Assembly: GCA_011390885.1 (NCBI GenBank)
Contig: JAABRO010000012.1
Span: forward strand, 12,979 to 76,978
Reading direction: 5' to 3'
Origin: Gemmatimonas sp.
GTDB lineage: Bacteria > Gemmatimonadota > Gemmatimonadetes > Gemmatimonadales > Gemmatimonadaceae
Length of the DNA: 64,000 nucleotides
A program made the position numbers and the translations under genes. This document shows, piece after piece, positions 38,858-46,668 of this stretch. A model generated the notes under the pieces. The model searched no databases and had not been told where the DNA came from. It worked only from the letters and a program-made list of their open reading frames with translations. Position 1 is the first letter of the stretch; each line of letters opens with the position of its first letter.

Positions 38858-38884
38858 GAATCCCCGGCCGGTCGACGGGGATTC
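38858..38884. promoter_or_regulatory. Inverted repeat in the Rrf2/nosZ divergent intergenic region, a candidate operator.
   Basis: GAATCCCC (38858-38865) / GGGGATTC (38877-38884) separated by the palindromic GGCCGGTCGAC. About 120 nt upstream of the nosZ ATG. Function not established. Confidence 0.2.
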
Positions 38885-39003
38885 GCCGTTAGTCAATGTG
38901 GTATCCAAGGTGCAGGTTTGCTGCCGTGACGTACCGCGCACGCGACGTCGCGTCCGATGGCGGGGATCGCCATCGCCTTCACCCGCTTCTCGAGGCTTTC
39001 CTC

Positions 39004-41130
39004 ATGATGCAATCCCGCTCCGTCGGCTGGTTCGTGGCCACGGCGAGCGTCGTGCTCGTCGCCAGCTACGGATTCGGCTGCACGCCGGCGTCCCGTCCTG
39101 GTGGCACGGTTGGCGCCGCCGGCGACAACGCGTCCAGGGTGTACGTCCAGCCCGGCGACCACGACGAGTTCTACGCCTTCCTCTCGGGTGGCTACAGCGG
39201 CCAGCTGAGCATCGTCGGCCTGCCGTCCGGCCGTCTGCTCAAGGTCATTCCCGTGTTCTCGCAGCACCCGGAGAACGGCTACGGCTACAGCGAGGAGACC
39301 AAGCCCATGCTCGAGACGAGCTACGGCTTCATTCCGTGGGACGACCTTCACCACACCGCGCTCTCGCACACCGACAGCGAAGTGGACGGCCGCTGGATCT
39401 TCGTGAATGGCAACAACACGCCGCGCGTCGCGCGCGTGGACCTCACGCACATGGAGACGGCGGAGATCCTCGAGATCCCCAACACGGCCGGAAACCACGC
39501 CTCCCCGTTCGTGACCACGAACACCGAGTACGTGATCTCCGCCACGCGCTTCAGCATCCCGGTGCCGAACCGCGAAATGTCGATCAGCGAATACAAGGGC
39601 AACTTCAAGGGCATGATCTCCTTCATCAAGGCGAACGAGCCCGGGAAGATGGACGTGGCCTTCCAGATGGTCGTGCCGGGCTTCAACTACGACCTGGCGC
39701 GCGCCGGCAAGGGACCGTCCAAGGACTGGGTGTTCTTCACCTCGTACAACACCGAGGAGGCCTCGGAGAAGCTCGAGATCAACGCGTCGAAGAACGACAA
39801 GGACTTCGTGGCCGCGGTGAACTGGAAGAAGCTCGAGGCGTGCGTGAACGGTGGCACGTTCACGAACTATGAGGCCGAGTATCGCCACAACGTGATGGAC
39901 GAGTTCTCGCGCGAGGGCAAGAGCGAGGTCAAGAAGGGCGTGAAGGTGATCGAGGCCACGCAGTGCCCCGGCGCCCTCTTCTACATGCCCACGCCGAAGT
40001 CGCCGCACGGCGCCGACGTCGACCCCACGGGCGAGTACATCGTCGCCGGTGGCAAGCTCGCCACGGTGATCCCCGTGCACTCCTTCTCGAAGATGCTCAA
40101 GGCCATCGACGACAAGGCGTTCGACGGGGATGCGTACGGCGTGCCGATCCTCAAGTACGAGGCCACCATCGCGGGTGAAGTGCAGGATCCGGGCCTCGGC
40201 CCCCTGCACACCGAGTTCGACGGCAACGGCTACGCCTACACGTCGGTCTTCATCTCGAGCGAAGTCGTGAAGTGGAAGCTGGGCACGTGGGAAGTCGTGG
40301 ACCGCATCCCGACGTACTACTCGGTCGGTCACCTCATGATTCCCGGCGGCGACTCGAAGAAGCCGTTCGGCAAGTACGCCCTGGCGATGAACAAGATCAC
40401 CAAGGACCGCTACCTGCCCACCGGCATGGAGCTCGCCCACTCGGCGCAGCTGTTCGACATCAGCGGCGAGAAGATGAAGCTGCTGCTCGACTTCCCGACG
40501 CATGGCGAGCCGCACTACGCGAACGCGCTACCGGCCTCCATGATCAAGGAGAAGCAGGCCCGCTTCGTGAAGCTGGCCGACAATACGCACCCGCAGGTGA
40601 CGCGGTCGGCCCGCGAGTCCGGCGTCGAGCGCCGCGGCAAGACGGTGCATATCCGCATGACGGCGGTGCGCTCGAGTTTCGCGCCGGACAACGTCGAGGG
40701 CGTGCAGGTGGGTGACACGGTGCTCTTCCACGTCACCAACATCGAGCAGGACTGGGACGTGCCCCACGGCTTCGCCGTGCTCGGCGCGCAGAATGCGGAA
40801 ATCCTCGTGATGCCCGGCGAGACGCGCACGCTCAAGTGGATTCCGCGCAAGCCCGGCATCTTCCCGATCTACTGCACCGACTTCTGCTCGGCGCTGCACC
40901 AGGAAATGCAGGGATATGTGCGGGTGTCGCCGCAGGGGTCCACCGTGCCGCTCACGGCCCAGACCACGCGCCGCTCGCAGCAGCTGGCCCGCCTGAACAG
41001 CGGCCAGGGGAACGCCGCCGAGCGTCGCGCGCTGGAGCAGATCCGCCCCGATCGCCCGCCCGTGCCCACGATCGACACGAAGGGCGACGTGGATCCGCAT
41101 GCGGCGCATCGCGCGCCGACGCCCCGGTAA
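39004..41130 (+). CDS. nosZ: Nitrous-oxide reductase NosZ, clade II (Sec-type/atypical).
   Basis: ATG at 39004 (MMQSRSVGWFVATASVVLVASYGFGC, with no twin-arginine). Beta-propeller with CuZ His motifs (WDDLHHTALSH, AGNHASPF, SPHGADV). CuA site CTDFCSALHQEM plus VPHGF. Followed by nosB/L/D/F/Y. Confidence 0.95.
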   Translation: MMQSRSVGWFVATASVVLVASYGFGCTPASRPGGTVGAAGDNASRVYVQPGDHDEFYAFLSGGYSGQLSIVGLPSGRLLKVIPVFSQHPENGYGYSEETKPMLETSYGFIPWDDLHHTALSHTDSEVDGRWIFVNGNNTPRVARVDLTHMETAEILEIPNTAGNHASPFVTTNTEYVISATRFSIPVPNREMSISEYKGNFKGMISFIKANEPGKMDVAFQMVVPGFNYDLARAGKGPSKDWVFFTSYNTEEASEKLEINASKNDKDFVAAVNWKKLEACVNGGTFTNYEAEYRHNVMDEFSREGKSEVKKGVKVIEATQCPGALFYMPTPKSPHGADVDPTGEYIVAGGKLATVIPVHSFSKMLKAIDDKAFDGDAYGVPILKYEATIAGEVQDPGLGPLHTEFDGNGYAYTSVFISSEVVKWKLGTWEVVDRIPTYYSVGHLMIPGGDSKKPFGKYALAMNKITKDRYLPTGMELAHSAQLFDISGEKMKLLLDFPTHGEPHYANALPASMIKEKQARFVKLADNTHPQVTRSARESGVERRGKTVHIRMTAVRSSFAPDNVEGVQVGDTVLFHVTNIEQDWDVPHGFAVLGAQNAEILVMPGETRTLKWIPRKPGIFPIYCTDFCSALHQEMQGYVRVSPQGSTVPLTAQTTRRSQQLARLNSGQGNAAERRALEQIRPDRPPVPTIDTKGDVDPHAAHRAPTPR

Positions 41131-41146
41131 CGAGCGTCGCACGGTC

Positions 41147-41180
41147 CGGCCCGGGTCGCCCTCAGGGGTGGTCCGGGCCG
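41147..41180 (+). terminator. Stem-loop in the 84-nt nosZ-nosB spacer, a candidate attenuator or processing site.
   Basis: CGGCCCGG (41147-41154) / CCGGGCCG (41173-41180) with an internal CCC..GGG pairing. No T-tract. Confidence 0.3.
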
Positions 41181-41214
41181 CGATCACCCGGCGTCTTCCT
41201 TCACCCTGCTGATC

Positions 41215-41877
41215 ATGCTGTCCAAATCCGCTCGAATCCTGCTGGCCACCGCGGCGCTGCTGCTCAGTGGTGCGTTCATCTTCCCACTCTGGCGCATTGC
41301 CCTCATCGCGCCGCAGTACCCCGAAGGACTCGGCCTGCTGATCAAGGTGAACACGGTGACGGGGGTCGAGCCGCAGGACCTGCAGAACATCAATGGCCTG
41401 AACCACTACATCGGCATGAAGGCCATCGAGCCGGACTCGATTCCCGAGCTGACGCTCATGCCGATCGCGCTCGGCGCGCTCATGCTCGGCGGCCTCGTGG
41501 TGGCCTGGCTCGGGCGTCGCACACTCGCGAAGGCATGGGTGGCGCTCTTCTTCATCGGGTCGCTCGCCGGCATCGCCGATTTCTGGTACTGGCAGTACGA
41601 CTACGGGCACAACCTCGACGTCGAGAATGCGCCGATCAAGGTGCCGGGCATGAGCTACCAACCGCCGCTCTTCGGCAGCAAGAAGCTGCTCAACTTCACC
41701 GCGACGTCGTGGCCTGACCTTGGTGGAATGGCCGCGTTCGCGTCGCTCGCACTGGCCATCGGTGCGCTCGTGGTGGACGCGCGCGGACGCAGGGACGATG
41801 ACGCGAGTGCAGCGCGCCCCCTGACGCCGTCGCCGTCCGGGCCTCCAGTGCTCGGCGCCTCCGGAGGCATCCGCTGA
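41215..41877 (+). CDS. nosB: NosB-like integral membrane protein, the gene type found directly downstream of clade II nosZ.
   Basis: 220 aa with about 4 hydrophobic helices (ILLATAALLLSGAFIFPL, LMPIALGALMLGGLVVAWL, WVALFFIGSLAGIADFW, AAFASLALAIGALVV). Position between nosZ and nosL. Confidence 0.65.
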   Translation: MLSKSARILLATAALLLSGAFIFPLWRIALIAPQYPEGLGLLIKVNTVTGVEPQDLQNINGLNHYIGMKAIEPDSIPELTLMPIALGALMLGGLVVAWLGRRTLAKAWVALFFIGSLAGIADFWYWQYDYGHNLDVENAPIKVPGMSYQPPLFGSKKLLNFTATSWPDLGGMAAFASLALAIGALVVDARGRRDDDASAARPLTPSPSGPPVLGASGGIR

Positions 41878-42377
41878 TGCGACTCGCCAGCTCGAGCATC
41901 CTCGCGTTCGCCATCATGGCAGGCAGCGCCTGTGCGCGTGACGTGCCGCGCGCCATCGTCGAAGGCGAGGACAACTGCACGCAGTGCCACATGGGCGTCG
42001 CCGAGCTGCGCTTCGCGGCGCAGGCGCGGACGCCCACCGGCAAGGTGCTGATCTTCGATTCGGTGGAGTGTCTCGCGCGGCACGTCGCCGAGGCGCCCGA
42101 GGGGACCACGTGGCGCGGACTGCACGTGACCGACCATGACGCGCCGGGCACATGGGTGCCGGTGGAGTCGGCGCAGTTCCTGGCCGACGGCACGATCTCG
42201 AGCCCGATGGGCATGCGTCTCGCGGCGTTCGCTGCGGAGGCGGCGTCTGACGACCTCACGGCGCGCTACGAGGGCCGCGTGGTCGACTGGGAGGGCGTGC
42301 TGTCCCTCGTGCGCGAGGCCGACGCCGCGTCGTCGCAGGGTGCCGCCGTGTCGCATCGGCACGAGGCGATGCCGTGA
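41877..42377 (+). CDS. nosL: NosL copper-chaperone lipoprotein.
   Basis: Lipobox AIMAGSAC. NosL-type motif NCTQCHM...FDSVEC...HV. 1-nt overlap with the nosB stop (TGATG). Confidence 0.85.
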   Translation: MRLASSSILAFAIMAGSACARDVPRAIVEGEDNCTQCHMGVAELRFAAQARTPTGKVLIFDSVECLARHVAEAPEGTTWRGLHVTDHDAPGTWVPVESAQFLADGTISSPMGMRLAAFAAEAASDDLTARYEGRVVDWEGVLSLVREADAASSQGAAVSHRHEAMP

Positions 42378-43747
42378 TTGCAGACGGAGGTTCGGTCTTC
42401 TCGCTGCTGATCGCCGGCCTGTTCTCCTCGCTGCAACCCGCGGTTCCCGCACGGGCCACGGGGGCGCCGCCGGCGGTCGCTGCCGACTCGCTCGTGGTCG
42501 TGTCTCCGAGCGGCCCCGTGCGACGCATCACCGATGCGCTGGCCCGCGTGGCTCCACGCGGACGGGTGCGGGTGGAGGCCGGCGTCTATCGCGAGCCGAC
42601 GATCGTGGTCGACCGCATGGTCGTGCTCGATGGTGCGCCCGGCGCCGTGCTCGACGGTGAGGGGGAGCGGGCGATCATGGTGGTGTCGGCGGACAGCGTG
42701 ACGATCCGCGGGCTCACCTTCCGCAACACCGGCGGGAGCCATGTGGAGGATCGCGCCGCGCTCCGTGTGTTCGACGCCTACGACTGCGTGATCGAGGACA
42801 ACCGCTTCGAGGCCACCTTCTTCGCGCTCATGCTGCAGCGGGTGGACGGCTGCTTCGTGCGGCGCAACACCATGCGCGGTATGGTGGGCACGCAGAGCGG
42901 CACCGCCAACGGCGTGCACCTCTGGACGAGCGCGAACGTGCTCGTGGAGGACAACGACATCACCGGCCACCGCGACGGCATCTACTTCGAGTTCGCGAAG
43001 CACGCGATCGCGCGGCGCAATACGGTGTCGGAGAGCCTGCGCTACGGGCTCCACTTCATGTTCTCCGATTCGTGCCGCTACGAGGCCAATCGATTCGAAG
43101 CCAACCGCTCCGGCGTGGCGGTGATGTACGCGAAGTACGTGACGGTGATCGGCAACGTGTTCGCCCGGAACCGCGGGAGTGCCGCGTACGGGCTCCTGCT
43201 CAAGGACATCAACGACAGCGACGTGCGGGACAACGTGTTCAGCGACAACACGGTGGGGCTGTTTCTCGAGGGCTCCAACCGCAACCGGGTGCAGGACAAC
43301 CGCTTCGAGGCCAACGGGTGGGCGTTGCGCCTGCTGGCCGATGCGCAGGACAACCGTGTCGAAGGCAACGCCTTCGCGCGCAACCTGTTCGACGTGGGCA
43401 CCAACAGCCGCAACCACTACAGCGTGATCCGCGCCAATCACTGGGACCGCTATCGCGGCTACGACCTCGACCGGGACGGCACGGGCGACGTGCCGCATGC
43501 ACCGGTGCGCCTGTTCGCGCTCGTGGTCGAGCGGGCGCCGGCCGCACTCGTGCTCGTGCGCAGCCTCGTGGCGGACGCACTCGACCTTGCCGAACGCGTC
43601 GCGCCGGTGCTCACGCCGGCCACGCTCGTGGATCAGGCACCGCTCATGCGGCGCCCCTCCTTCCCGGCCATCGAGGCCGGTCACCGTCCGGCCTCGCAGG
43701 CGGCGCGGGCCACCGCGATGGCCGCGACGCCCGAGGACCGTCCATGA
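42374..43747 (+). CDS. nosD: NosD periplasmic right-handed beta-helix maturation protein.
   Basis: GTG at 42374 (GTGA overlap). Parallel beta-helix repeats (IRGLTFRN, IEDNRFE, VRRNTM, VEDNDITG, ARRNTV, YEANRFE, VIGNVFA, VRDNVFS, VQDNRFE, VEGNAFA). Confidence 0.9.
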   Translation: MIADGGSVFSLLIAGLFSSLQPAVPARATGAPPAVAADSLVVVSPSGPVRRITDALARVAPRGRVRVEAGVYREPTIVVDRMVVLDGAPGAVLDGEGERAIMVVSADSVTIRGLTFRNTGGSHVEDRAALRVFDAYDCVIEDNRFEATFFALMLQRVDGCFVRRNTMRGMVGTQSGTANGVHLWTSANVLVEDNDITGHRDGIYFEFAKHAIARRNTVSESLRYGLHFMFSDSCRYEANRFEANRSGVAVMYAKYVTVIGNVFARNRGSAAYGLLLKDINDSDVRDNVFSDNTVGLFLEGSNRNRVQDNRFEANGWALRLLADAQDNRVEGNAFARNLFDVGTNSRNHYSVIRANHWDRYRGYDLDRDGTGDVPHAPVRLFALVVERAPAALVLVRSLVADALDLAERVAPVLTPATLVDQAPLMRRPSFPAIEAGHRPASQAARATAMAATPEDRP

Positions 43748-44565
43748 TGCCCGATCTCGCCTCGCCCACCGGCCTCCGCCACGCCGGTGACCGTGCGGCC
43801 GCTCCAGGCGCGCCCGCCCGCCTCGCCGCGCGCGGCGTGCGCAAGTCGTTCGGGGCGGTGAACGTCCTGGCCGATGTGGAGCTCGCGCTCGCGCCGGGCC
43901 GGATCACCGCCGTGCTCGGCCCCAACGGCTCGGGCAAGACCACGCTCAACAAGATCCTGCTCGGCCTCGTGCGACCGGATGCCGGGCGCGTCGAACTCGA
44001 CGGCGTGGACGTGACGGGCACCGACGCGTATCGCGCGCGCCTCGGGTACATGCCGCAGTCGCCGCGCTTTCCCGACAACCTCTCCGCGCGCGATGTGCTC
44101 GGCCTCGTGCGCTCGCTGCGGCCCGCCGCGCCGGTCGACCTGGACGCCTCGATCGAGGGCTTCGGCCTCGCGTCGTACCTCGACCGGCCGCTGGGCGTGT
44201 GTTCCGGCGGACAGCGGCAGCGCGTGAACGCGGCGGTGGCGCTGCTCTTCGGCCCCGATGTGCTCATCCTCGACGAACCCACGGCCGGCCTCGATCCGGT
44301 CGCGAGTGCCTCGCTCAAGGATCGCATCGCCGCCGAACGCCGCGCGGGACGCGCCATCCTGATCACGTCCCACGTGCTCAGCGAACTGGAAGACCTGACC
44401 GACGACGTCGTGCTGCTGCTCGATGGGCGGGTCCACTACACGGGCACGCTCACGTCGCTGCGCGATGCGACGGGTGCCCACACGCTCGAGCGAGGCGTGG
44501 CCGAACTGCTGCGTCGCACGATCACGACCGGCGCGCCGATCGGACGCGCGGAGGGGCAGGCATGA
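43744..44565 (+). CDS. nosF: NosF ABC transporter ATP-binding protein.
   Basis: ATGA overlap with nosD. Walker A GPNGSGKTT, signature CSGGQRQR, Walker B LILDEPTAGLD. Confidence 0.9.
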   Translation: MMPDLASPTGLRHAGDRAAAPGAPARLAARGVRKSFGAVNVLADVELALAPGRITAVLGPNGSGKTTLNKILLGLVRPDAGRVELDGVDVTGTDAYRARLGYMPQSPRFPDNLSARDVLGLVRSLRPAAPVDLDASIEGFGLASYLDRPLGVCSGGQRQRVNAAVALLFGPDVLILDEPTAGLDPVASASLKDRIAAERRAGRAILITSHVLSELEDLTDDVVLLLDGRVHYTGTLTSLRDATGAHTLERGVAELLRRTITTGAPIGRAEGQA

Positions 44566-45443
44566 GCACGCTGAACACGCGCTTCACGGAGATCACGGCG
44601 CCCTCGGCGCGCCTCGCGCCCGATGCCACGCGGGCGGCGGAGGAAAGGCGGCCCTCGGTGGTCGGCGCCGTGTGCACCGCGCAGTGGCGCGAGATCGCGC
44701 GCAACCGCTGGGTGCTCGCGTACGCCGTCGTGCTCGTGCTGCTCACCGAGGCGCTCTTCCGCATGGGCGGCTCCGGCGCGCGCGCGCTGACGAGCCTGCT
44801 CAACCTCGTGTTGCTGCTGGTGCCGCTCGTCACGAGCGTGTTCGGCGTGGTGTACTGGCATGCGTCGCGCGAGTTCACCGAACTCCTGCTCGCACAACCG
44901 GTGCCGCGTCGCAGCCTCTGGTGGGGGCTGTATCTCGGGCTGCTGGTTCCGCTCGCCGGTGCGTTTGCGGTCGGCATCACGCTGCCGCTGCTCTGGCACG
45001 GCGCGCTCGACGCGGAGTCCCTGCCGCTCTGGTCGCTGTATCTCACGGTGGGCGGCGCGCTCACGGCGGTGTTCGGCGCCGTCGCGCTCTGGATCGGTGT
45101 GCGGTACGACGACCGGCTGCGCGGCCTCGGGCTCATGCTCGGCCTGTGGTTTCTCGCCGCCGTCGCCTACGACGGATTCGTCATCTGGATGGCCACGGCG
45201 TTCTCCGATTGGCCGCTGGAGAATCCCATGCTCGCGGCCATGGCAGCCAACCCGATCGACCTGGCGCGCACGGCGCTCGTGCTGCGGCTCGACAGCGCTG
45301 CGCTGCTGGGCTACACCGGTGCGGTGCTCGCGCGGTCGCTGGGTGGCGCGACGGGGCTGCTCGTCACCGGGTTCGGCCTCGCGGTGTGGATCGCGCTCCC
45401 CGTTTGGCTGGCCGTCCGCGCGTTCCAGCGGAAGGACTTCTGA
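44562..45443 (+). CDS. nosY: NosY ABC-2-type permease.
   Basis: ATGA overlap with nosF. Six hydrophobic segments. Position after nosF. Confidence 0.85.
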   Translation: MSTLNTRFTEITAPSARLAPDATRAAEERRPSVVGAVCTAQWREIARNRWVLAYAVVLVLLTEALFRMGGSGARALTSLLNLVLLLVPLVTSVFGVVYWHASREFTELLLAQPVPRRSLWWGLYLGLLVPLAGAFAVGITLPLLWHGALDAESLPLWSLYLTVGGALTAVFGAVALWIGVRYDDRLRGLGLMLGLWFLAAVAYDGFVIWMATAFSDWPLENPMLAAMAANPIDLARTALVLRLDSAALLGYTGAVLARSLGGATGLLVTGFGLAVWIALPVWLAVRAFQRKDF

Positions 45444-45849
45444 CGCGCTTGGGTGGTGTGATGAGGGTGTCGAGCGTCGTGTTGCGAAAGAAGTCCGCGA
45501 GCGACGCGCCGAGCGCCTTCCAGCCTTCGTGCGCCTGGCAGGGGGTCGCGTCGCTGCAGGTCGGGCGCCCCATCAGGCACCCGCGCTTCGTCTCGACCGC
45601 ATCGAAGGGACCGACGATGTCGATGAGCGTGATCTCGGACACGGGGCGCGCGAGCCGGAATCCCCCGGTCTTGCCGCGCTGCGAGATGAGCAGGCCGTCG
45701 CGCGCGAGCTGGTGCAGGATCTTCGACAGGTAGTTGCTGGGAATCGACAGCGCAAACGCCAGGTCGGATGCAGGGATCGCGCGGTCGGTGCCGTGCTCGG
45801 CGAGATGCACCGCAGTGCGCAGGGCGTACTCGGCAGTCTGGTTCAGCAT
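45364..45849 (-). CDS. Second Rrf2-family regulator with a three-Cys Fe-S motif.
   Basis: ATG at 45849 (MLNQTAEYALRTAVHLAEHG...). wHTH IPSNYLSKILHQLARDGLLISQRGKTGGFRL. Cys motif GCLMGRPTCSDATPC (C-x6-C-x5-C). A basic 30-aa tail overlaps the nosY 3' end on the opposite strand. Confidence 0.8.
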   Translation of the reverse strand: MLNQTAEYALRTAVHLAEHGTDRAIPASDLAFALSIPSNYLSKILHQLARDGLLISQRGKTGGFRLARPVSEITLIDIVGPFDAVETKRGCLMGRPTCSDATPCQAHEGWKALGASLADFFRNTTLDTLITPPKRVRSPSAGTRGRPAKRGARSTPRGRTR

Positions 45850-45984
45850 GCGCGGGCGGCAGGGCGGGGAGGGGACAGCATCGGCGCGCGGGCGGTGGTG
45901 TCCCAATGTGCAGCAGCGGGCGCGTGGCGGCGAGCGCGGCCCAGGGGTGGCTCGGCGCGTGTCCGCGAGCGACCGCTGGATGGA

Positions 45985-45997
45985 ATTCGCGTCGAAT
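45985..45997. promoter_or_regulatory. Short AT-richer palindrome in the divergent Rrf2 / cytochrome c intergenic region, a candidate operator.
   Basis: ATTCG-CGT-CGAAT, flanked by GGAA...TTCC, in an otherwise very GC-rich spacer. Function not established. Confidence 0.15.
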
Positions 45998-46052
45998 GTG
46001 TTCCTGTCGTAGGATTTCGGTATCACTCACACCACTTTCACCCTCTCCGACC

Positions 46053-46583
46053 ATGCTGAACTCTTCACGATTCCTGCTGTTCGCAGTCACGGTGAGCAGC
46101 TCACTCCTCCTCGCGGCGTGCGGGGGTGGGGGCGATGCGCCGGCCGGCGACGCCGCGACCACTGACGCGGCCGAGACGCCCGCCGCGGGCGGCGCGACCG
46201 ACCAGCTCGCGCTAGGCCAGACCAAGTACGGCCAGGTGTGCGCCAGCTGCCACATGGCGGATGGCAACGGCTCACCGGGCGTCTTCCCGCCACTCGCCGG
46301 CTCGGAGTGGGTGAACGGCGATCCGAACGTTCCGATCTCGATCGTGCTGCACGGGTTGCAGGGACCGATCGACGTGAAGGGCACGCGCTACGAAGGCGCG
46401 ATGCAGCCCTGGGGCATGATTCCGGACAGCGACATCGCCGCGATCCTCACGTACGTGCGGTCGTCTTTCGGCAACAGTTCGTCGGCGGTCACCACCGAGC
46501 AGGTCACGGCGGTGCGGCAGGCGGAGGGTGATCGTGTGGCGTGGACGGCCGAGGAGCTCAAGGCGAAGTATCCGGGCTCCTGA
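46053..46583 (+). CDS. Monoheme c-type cytochrome lipoprotein, a candidate electron donor to NosZ.
   Basis: ATG at 46053. Lipobox SSLLLAAC followed by a Gly/Ala/Thr-rich linker. Heme motif CASCHM. Distal Met region (AMQPWG). Confidence 0.85.
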   Translation: MLNSSRFLLFAVTVSSSLLLAACGGGGDAPAGDAATTDAAETPAAGGATDQLALGQTKYGQVCASCHMADGNGSPGVFPPLAGSEWVNGDPNVPISIVLHGLQGPIDVKGTRYEGAMQPWGMIPDSDIAAILTYVRSSFGNSSSAVTTEQVTAVRQAEGDRVAWTAEELKAKYPGS

Positions 46584-46604
46584 GCTCCATGCCCGACCAG
46601 ACGA

Positions 46605-46634
46605 ACGGCCGCCGCTCCGAGGAGCGGCGGCCGT
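46605..46634. terminator. Rho-independent-type terminator hairpin between convergent genes.
   Basis: ACGGCCGCCGCTCC / GGAGCGGCGGCCGT (14-nt perfect inverted repeat) followed by TTTGCGTTT. Lies 22 nt after the cytochrome c stop. Confidence 0.65.
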
Positions 46635-46668
46635 TTGCGTTTCCCCTGCAGCCGCGCGCGACAGCGCG

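Noticed and set aside
38799-40515. ORFs 38799..39872 (+) and 38893..40515 (-), which overlap nosZ.
   Set aside because: They are alternative or antisense frames of an unambiguous nosZ gene with CuA and CuZ ligand motifs. Their composition is typical of GC shadow ORFs.
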